Assembly (NCBI GenBank): GCA_963662405.2
Contig: CAXXKT010000003.1
Location: 224,001-288,000 of the forward strand
Length of the DNA stretch: 64,000 nt
Origin: Syntrophales bacterium
GTDB lineage: Bacteria; Desulfobacterota; Syntrophia; Syntrophales; UBA2210
Direction of reading: 5' to 3'
Shown piece after piece: positions 58,336 through 64,000 of the stretch (its first letter is position 1; each line of letters begins with the position of its first letter). Position numbers and translations under genes: made by a program. The notes under the pieces were generated by a model that saw only the letters and a program-made list of their open reading frames with translations, was not told the origin of the DNA and made no database searches.

Positions 58336-58554
58336 ATGTCAAAAATGTTTTACTCGACTTCAGAAGTAGCCGGCCTGTTCGGTGTCAACCGTGTCACTAT
58401 TTATCGGTGGGTGAAAGAAGGGAAGGTCGGGGCGTACCAGATAGGGAAGCGCCACAAGATACCCGAATCCGAGGTAGTAAGATTGTTCAAAGAGTTCGGT
58501 TTTTCAGGGGCTCGAATTCGTGATCTGTGTGGCGATAAAGAGGAGATACGCTAG
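58336..58554 (+). CDS. small MerR/excisionase-type HTH protein
   Basis: YSTSEVAGLFGVNRVTIYRWVKEGK...HKIP. Confidence 0.82.
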   Translation: MSKMFYSTSEVAGLFGVNRVTIYRWVKEGKVGAYQIGKRHKIPESEVVRLFKEFGFSGARIRDLCGDKEEIR

Positions 58555-58694
58555 GGCTGTCGTGTCGGACGACAACACAACCGTGTAGAGGGGGGGGTGT
58601 ATGTTAGGGGTGCCCTGTGTGGCTTTTCGCGGGGGGGATTGCCATGGGGGGTAGGGGTTGTAGCGGGAACAAGATGAAAGATGAGGTGGATTCG

Positions 58695-60587
58695 ATGTTT
58701 CGGAATGCGACACTGGGGAGGAAAATTGGATTTGGTTTTGCGATACTGTCTGTTCTTACGATTGCGGTTGGGGTGACAGGATACTGGGGGCTCTCCCGTG
58801 TTCTGGGAGTGACGGAGTTTTATAAGAACACGAGTACGATCAATGCGGGAGTTCAGGACACGCGAGCGGATGTGACGGAGTATTTTCTTTATAATTATAA
58901 CGAGGGTCGGGTGAGTCAAAAGGCCGCTCAGGGAAGCGCCTTCGCTCGCATCGATGAAGTGCGGGAATTGGTGCGTAATATCACGGAAACGGAGTCTCTC
59001 GACCAGAACGAGACGGATCAGATCAGTGCTATCGGGAAAGGAATCGAGGGATATCGGGATTCCCTGAATAAGTATATTGAGGCCGAGTCACATAAGATCG
59101 ATATAGCCCGGGAGATGAGCAGACTCAATCCCGAACTGCTGAGTCTGATGACAAAAGCCAAATTGTGGGTCGAAGAATTGCGCACAGCACATGGCATTGT
59201 TGTGGCACAGGCGGGCACCTATTTAGACCGATCGCTGGAGTCGAACTGGCAGGCGTTGGATGGCAGCATGAAGAAGCTGGGAACATATTTGGACGATTGG
59301 TGCTACAAGATTGAAAACAGCGATGACCTGCGGGAGATCGGCGACAAGATGAAGGTGATAGTGGCAGGGATCGGTGAACGGTTGGGCCAATATCGTCAGG
59401 AGGTGGCAGACCAGGCAACCTATCATGCGAGTCTGATTGAACATCGAGAAAAGATTGAGCAGATCTGTACGCAACTCGGCGAGCAGAGCGAGGCAAAGCT
59501 GCAGCGTCAAGCACATTTCTCATTGATTCTGATCTGTGGTGTTATCGGTGCCGCGCTGTTGATCGCCGTCCTCTATTCCTTCATGACGATACGGAACATT
59601 GTCGGCAAGATGCGGAAAGTCGCTGATGGCGTGAGTGACGGTACCAATCAGATTGCGGCCGCTTCCGACCAGGTCTCCTCGGCCAGTCAGTCGCTTGCCG
59701 AGGCGGCCGGCGAGCAGGCGTCGTCGTTGGAGGAGACGTCCTCTTCCCTTGAGGAATTGGCTTCGATGACAAAGCAGAACGCCGACAACGCACAACAGGC
59801 CGATAGCTTGACCCAAGATGCGAAACAGATAGTCGGTGATGTTACCGAGAAACTCGGGCGGATGACGAACGCGGTGGCCGATATCGGAAAGAACTCTGAA
59901 GAGACATCGAAGATCATCAAGACGATCGATGAGATTGCCTTTCAGACAAATCTTCTTGCGCTCAATGCGGCGGTTGAGGCGGCCCGGGCCGGAGAAGCGG
60001 GAGCGGGTTTTGCCGTGGTGGCGGATGAGGTGAGGGCTCTTGCACTGCGATCGGCCGAGGCGGCGAAAAACACGAGCGACCTGATAGGAAACACGGTCAA
60101 TTCCGTGCGGGAAGGCGCCCGTCTGAATGACGATGTGAATGAGTCGTTCAAGAAGAATGCGGAGATCGTGAAAAAGACGAGTAATCTGGTAAGTGAAATC
60201 GCGGCGGCTTCCCAGGAACAGGCGCAGGGGATCGAGCAGATCAACCGGGCGATGGCGGAGATGGACAAGGTGACTCAGCAGAACGCCGCCAACGCGGAGG
60301 AGAGCGCATCCGCCTCCGAAGAGATGAACGCGCAGGCACAGCAGATGGAGGACATTATTGCAGAACTGCTTGCCGTAGTCGGCGGTGGAAACGGGCATGG
60401 AAAACGAAGGGACGCGGGCACAAACGGAAACGGGAAAAGCGCCGGAGGCGTGGCCTATTCGAAAGCCCGGACGGCTCTTCCGTTTCCCGCGGGGAAGAGT
60501 GGGAACGAGGGGGGAGGCTATGGAATGCCGGAGATCAGTCCCGAAGAGATTCTCCCGATGAAGGAAGAGAATTTTACAGATTTCTGA
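58695..60587 (+). CDS. methyl-accepting chemotaxis protein
   Basis: Two TMs, [35 protein letters not shown]-terminal pentapeptide NFTDF. Confidence 0.95.
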   Translation: MFRNATLGRKIGFGFAILSVLTIAVGVTGYWGLSRVLGVTEFYKNTSTINAGVQDTRADVTEYFLYNYNEGRVSQKAAQGSAFARIDEVRELVRNITETESLDQNETDQISAIGKGIEGYRDSLNKYIEAESHKIDIAREMSRLNPELLSLMTKAKLWVEELRTAHGIVVAQAGTYLDRSLESNWQALDGSMKKLGTYLDDWCYKIENSDDLREIGDKMKVIVAGIGERLGQYRQEVADQATYHASLIEHREKIEQICTQLGEQSEAKLQRQAHFSLILICGVIGAALLIAVLYSFMTIRNIVGKMRKVADGVSDGTNQIAAASDQVSSASQSLAEAAGEQASSLEETSSSLEELASMTKQNADNAQQADSLTQDAKQIVGDVTEKLGRMTNAVADIGKNSEETSKIIKTIDEIAFQTNLLALNAAVEAARAGEAGAGFAVVADEVRALALRSAEAAKNTSDLIGNTVNSVREGARLNDDVNESFKKNAEIVKKTSNLVSEIAAASQEQAQGIEQINRAMAEMDKVTQQNAANAEESASASEEMNAQAQQMEDIIAELLAVVGGGNGHGKRRDAGTNGNGKSAGGVAYSKARTALPFPAGKSGNEGGGYGMPEISPEEILPMKEENFTDF

Positions 60588-60652
60588 TGCTCTGTACTGA
60601 AGACAGGGATCGGTAGTACGGTAAACCAGATACTATGAGGAGGTTGCAAAAT

Positions 60653-61168
60653 ATGAACGCCGGATCAATGGAGATGACGAGAGAAACCGTATCGGAGATA
60701 AGCAAGGAAGGAAAGTATCTGACCTTTGAGCTTGATGAGGAAGAATATGGTCTGGAGATCCTCAAGGTAAAGGAAATCATCGGGATCATGAAGATAACGT
60801 CAGTTCCCCAGACACCGAGATATGTGAAAGGGGTGATCAACCTTCGGGGAAAGGTCATTCCCGTAATCGATCTGCGCCTGAAATTCGACATGGATCCGAT
60901 CGAATACAGCGAGCGGACCTGCATTATCGTTGTCGACATAGCCGACAACTTGCGGAACGGGCTCATGATGGGGATCGTGGTTGATTCCGTCTCCGAGGTC
61001 CTGAATATCGGGACCGATGAGATAGAGGAGACCCCGACATTTGGCACGAAGCTTGATACGGAATATATCCTGGGGATGGCCAAGGTCAAGGGTGGGGTCA
61101 AGATCCTGCTGGATATCGGCAAGGTCTTGTCCGTCCAGGAAATCACATCCCTTTTCAAGGAAGAATGA
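60653..61168 (+). CDS. cheW: chemotaxis coupling protein
   Basis: YLTF...VKEII, GVINLRGKVIPVIDL, GIVVDSVSEV. Confidence 0.96.
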   Translation: MNAGSMEMTRETVSEISKEGKYLTFELDEEEYGLEILKVKEIIGIMKITSVPQTPRYVKGVINLRGKVIPVIDLRLKFDMDPIEYSERTCIIVVDIADNLRNGLMMGIVVDSVSEVLNIGTDEIEETPTFGTKLDTEYILGMAKVKGGVKILLDIGKVLSVQEITSLFKEE

Positions 61169-61447
61169 GAGTTCAGTCCTCGGAAGCAACGAACGGGTTG
61201 GATCCGGATGAACGCGCGTGTCCAAGAGACAGGTGACCGGTCTCTGTGGAGGGAACGGAGAGCGGATATTTTTTAAAAGCACGGAAAGTTGACGAAAAGC
61301 CAAGTTATTGAATGCTGGCCCGCTGAACGCATGACAGGGAGTGCATGCGCGCTCTCTGTGCCGTGAAGCACCGATTACGAGGTCTTGTGATCGGGGGATG
61401 AGCGGTTGCGGGTGAATATACAGGGGAAGAAAGGGAGAAAAGATAAG

Positions 61448-63535
61448 ATGAAGAAGATAACCCTGAGCAATAAACTGATCCTGGGATCTCTGGGGATGGT
61501 GATTTTCGTCATGGTGGTCTCGACACTGGCAATTTCCTATTTGATCAACAGGCAGAACGGAAACGCCTCATTCGAACTGGTTGAAAGGGCTCTCAATATC
61601 GTTTCCAGTGATCTTTCGGAAAGGCAAGCCAAACTGTTTTCTGTTGCAAGACAAACGGCGAATATGGATGAAATGGGTTCATCGGTTAATTTCATTCAGG
61701 AGTTTGCGAATAATGATGATGGTGTATCCCTTACGATGATGAAAAGCACATATGAGAAACTTGCCATGAGTGCATGTCAGATGGGGATTGCAAGTAATAT
61801 CTGGAAAATCGCTATCTATGACGCCAAGGGAGGGCTACAAGCCTTTGCCGACCAGAAAGAGGAAAATACCTTCCTCCTGGGGTACTGTGTCAAAATGCCT
61901 CAACCCACTTTCTTTACAGAAACAATGCAGGGGGGTGTGGAAAAGGAAGAATACATCTGGAAGCAGTCGACCCGTGTTGAGGGTCTGGGGCTCGGTGTTA
62001 CCTTCGGTCAGGCTGTTCCGTCGGAAGAACTGGTGACCTACAAAGAGACGGAAGGGATTATGACAGTGACCTCCTATGTGCCTATTATGACTATGGTTTA
62101 CAACAAGACAACCGAGAAGCTGGAAACAAAACAGTGTGGCTTTGTCGTTGCGATCCAGAAACTGGATAGGGGCTTTGTGGCCAAGATGGCCGGTCTTGCC
62201 GGAATGGAGATGAACATCTTTACCTCGGGCGGATTGAGTGTCGGAACGCTGGATGAATACCGGTCGCTCATATCGGAAGGAAAGGCCGTGAGAGAGACGA
62301 TTGAAAAGGCGGGAGAACACGCGATAGCGTTGAGTGAAATACGCCTGAAGAGTGGCGGGTATTACCAGGGGATCCTCCCTCTCTATGACGGATCGTCGGC
62401 AGTCGGTTCGATCACGGCGATTTATTCAAAGGCGGTGGCATGGGCCAATACCTGGCAGGTGATCAAGATCCTGGGACTCGTCTGCATCATTTGTGTCCTG
62501 CTGGTTATGCCTTTTGCGATTATTGTTGCCAATTCTCTCACGAAACCGATTACGAGAGTGATCGATTCGCTGAAAGGCACGGCCAAGGAGGTTTTTGACG
62601 CCTCCGACCAGATTTCGCATTCGAGCCAGCGGCTTGCCGAGGGGTCCGGGGAGCAGGCGGCATCGCTGGAGGAGACCTCTTCTTCCCTTGAGGAACTGGC
62701 CTCGATGACAAAACAGAATGCCGACAATGCCCACCAGGCGGATGTACTGACAAAGGATGCGAAACAGATGGCGGCTGATGTCAGCGAAAAACTCGCACAG
62801 ATGACCAAGGCCGTGAGCGACATTGGTAAGAATTCCGAAGAGACCTCGAAGATCATCAAGACGATCGATGAGATCGCCTTTCAGACGAATCTTCTTGCGC
62901 TGAATGCGGCGGTTGAGGCGGCCCGGGCCGGAGAAGCGGGAGCGGGTTTTGCCGTGGTGGCTGACGAGGTCCGGGCACTCGCGATGCGATCGGCCGAGGC
63001 GGCCAAAAATACAAGCGATCTGATCGGGAATACCGTCACTTCCGTCAAGGAGGGTGAGCGGCTCAATCAGGATGTCAATCAAACCTTCGAAAAGAATGCG
63101 GAGACGGTCGGGAAGACGAGTGCCCTGGTAAGCGAAATCGCGGCGGCTTCCCAGGAACAGGCACAGGGGATCGAGCAGATCAACAGGGCCATAGCGGAAA
63201 TGGACAAAGTGACTCAGCAAACTGCGGCCAACGCAGAGGAAAGTGCTTCCGCATCGGAAGAGATGAGTTCTCAGGCGGAGGGACTCCAGGATATCGTCGG
63301 TGCCCTCGTAAACCTTGTTGGCGGGGATGCGGATGAGATGAACGAAAGGGTTCACACGAAAACTGAAGGCAGGAAAAGTGCCGGTGAGAAGCAAGAGGCG
63401 GGGTTTCGAAAGATCCTTGATTTTCCGGCAAAGGGCAGGGGCACGAGTGTGAAGGCACTCTCCTCACGGGATACACGGGAAACCAATCCTGAAGAAGCGA
63501 TTCCCATGAAAGCGGATGATTTCAAGGATTTTTAG
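61448..63535 (+). CDS. methyl-accepting chemotaxis protein
   Basis: Two TMs flanking a large periplasmic domain, conserved signalling hairpin, C-terminal pentapeptide DFKDF. Confidence 0.95.
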   Translation: MKKITLSNKLILGSLGMVIFVMVVSTLAISYLINRQNGNASFELVERALNIVSSDLSERQAKLFSVARQTANMDEMGSSVNFIQEFANNDDGVSLTMMKSTYEKLAMSACQMGIASNIWKIAIYDAKGGLQAFADQKEENTFLLGYCVKMPQPTFFTETMQGGVEKEEYIWKQSTRVEGLGLGVTFGQAVPSEELVTYKETEGIMTVTSYVPIMTMVYNKTTEKLETKQCGFVVAIQKLDRGFVAKMAGLAGMEMNIFTSGGLSVGTLDEYRSLISEGKAVRETIEKAGEHAIALSEIRLKSGGYYQGILPLYDGSSAVGSITAIYSKAVAWANTWQVIKILGLVCIICVLLVMPFAIIVANSLTKPITRVIDSLKGTAKEVFDASDQISHSSQRLAEGSGEQAASLEETSSSLEELASMTKQNADNAHQADVLTKDAKQMAADVSEKLAQMTKAVSDIGKNSEETSKIIKTIDEIAFQTNLLALNAAVEAARAGEAGAGFAVVADEVRALAMRSAEAAKNTSDLIGNTVTSVKEGERLNQDVNQTFEKNAETVGKTSALVSEIAAASQEQAQGIEQINRAIAEMDKVTQQTAANAEESASASEEMSSQAEGLQDIVGALVNLVGGDADEMNERVHTKTEGRKSAGEKQEAGFRKILDFPAKGRGTSVKALSSRDTRETNPEEAIPMKADDFKDF

Positions 63536-63538
63536 CCG

Positions 63539-64000
63539 ATGACAACCTACGAACTACGCGATATCGACTTCGAAAAGATCAGTCGCCTTGTGTACGAGCA
63601 GTGCGGGATTAATCTCCACGCCGGAAAGAAAGAGCTGGTCAAGGCACGGTTGAGCAAGCGTCTGAGGGAAGGTAAAATCAAATCGTTCGCTGATTATTAC
63701 CGACACGTGACAACCAAAGAGGGAATGGACGAACTGGTGACGATGCTCGATTCCATATCGACCAATCTGACCAGTTTTTTCCGTGAACAAAGTCACTTCA
63801 GAAAGCTCCAGGAGATAGTCCCCGTCATGGTGGGAATGTCCAACGGGGGGCCCCCGGTGTCGAAGCTCAAGGTATGGAGCGCCGGGTGCTCTACCGGAGA
63901 GGAGCCCTATTCGTTGGCGATGACGATCAAGGAGATCACCGATGGTCGGGCGATCGATCTTAAGATACTCGCCACCGATATCTCCACCCGCGTGCTGAAA
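63539..64000 (+). CDS. cheR: chemotaxis methyltransferase, truncated by the window end (not in the ORF track)
   Basis: Own translation: MTTYELRDIDFEKISRLVYEQCGINL...STNLTSFFRE...KVWSAGCSTGEEPYSLAM...ILATDIS. Confidence 0.95.
   Translation, partial: MTTYELRDIDFEKISRLVYEQCGINLHAGKKELVKARLSKRLREGKIKSFADYYRHVTTKEGMDELVTMLDSISTNLTSFFREQSHFRKLQEIVPVMVGMSNGGPPVSKLKVWSAGCSTGEEPYSLAMTIKEITDGRAIDLKILATDISTRVLK

Noticed and set aside
58336..58554. Excisionase marking a prophage or integrative element
   Set aside because: No integrase, att-like repeats, tRNA or phage genes nearby; a sigma28 promoter lies directly upstream.
61169..61447. Riboswitch or sigma28 promoter in the cheW-MCP gap
   Set aside because: Hairpins are present (e.g. 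CCGATTAC/GTGATCGG), but the TAAA-GACGAAAA spacing is 13 nt and no aptamer consensus is recognisable.
1..64000. CRISPR arrays, rRNA, tRNA, IS elements
   Set aside because: No regularly spaced repeats, RNA-gene signatures or transposase motifs were seen; intergenic gaps are short.

Overview
The window is almost entirely one large, apparently intact flagellar gene cluster followed by the start of a chemotaxis operon. Gene content and order (NtrC-type activator before flgBC-fliEFGHIJ, flhF/flhG/fliA, csrA-fliW, sigma54 plus sigma28 promoters) suggest a Desulfobacterota/deltaproteobacterial genome; this is inference. Order: fliC; a reverse-strand island of three genes (GT2-TPR, TPR-GT4-nucleotidyltransferase fusion, stand-alone nucleotidyltransferase-fold protein); a very large fliD, fliS, fliT-like, flaG; a reverse-strand block (small FlgM-associated-like protein, GAF-HD-GYP, PilZ); SPOR-TPR protein; sigma54 activator; basal body, export, hook and motor genes; csrA, fliW, a GGEEF cyclase; a small HTH gene, two MCPs, cheW and a truncated cheR. 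Eight sigma54-like and six sigma28-like promoters were read directly from the DNA. The most unusual observations are: (1) tandem motB paralogues behind a single motA, one lacking the conserved ion-binding Asp; (2) a sigma54-controlled glycosylation island next to fliC that carries Pol-beta-type nucleotidyltransferase domains; (3) a histidine-kinase-like protein with a degenerate ATP-binding domain; (4) c-di-GMP synthesis, sensing and degradation genes split between promoter classes. No rRNA, tRNA, CRISPR array or transposase was recognised. Several start codons were moved from the ORF track on RBS, promoter or family N-terminus evidence. All family assignments come from motif recognition, not database searches.
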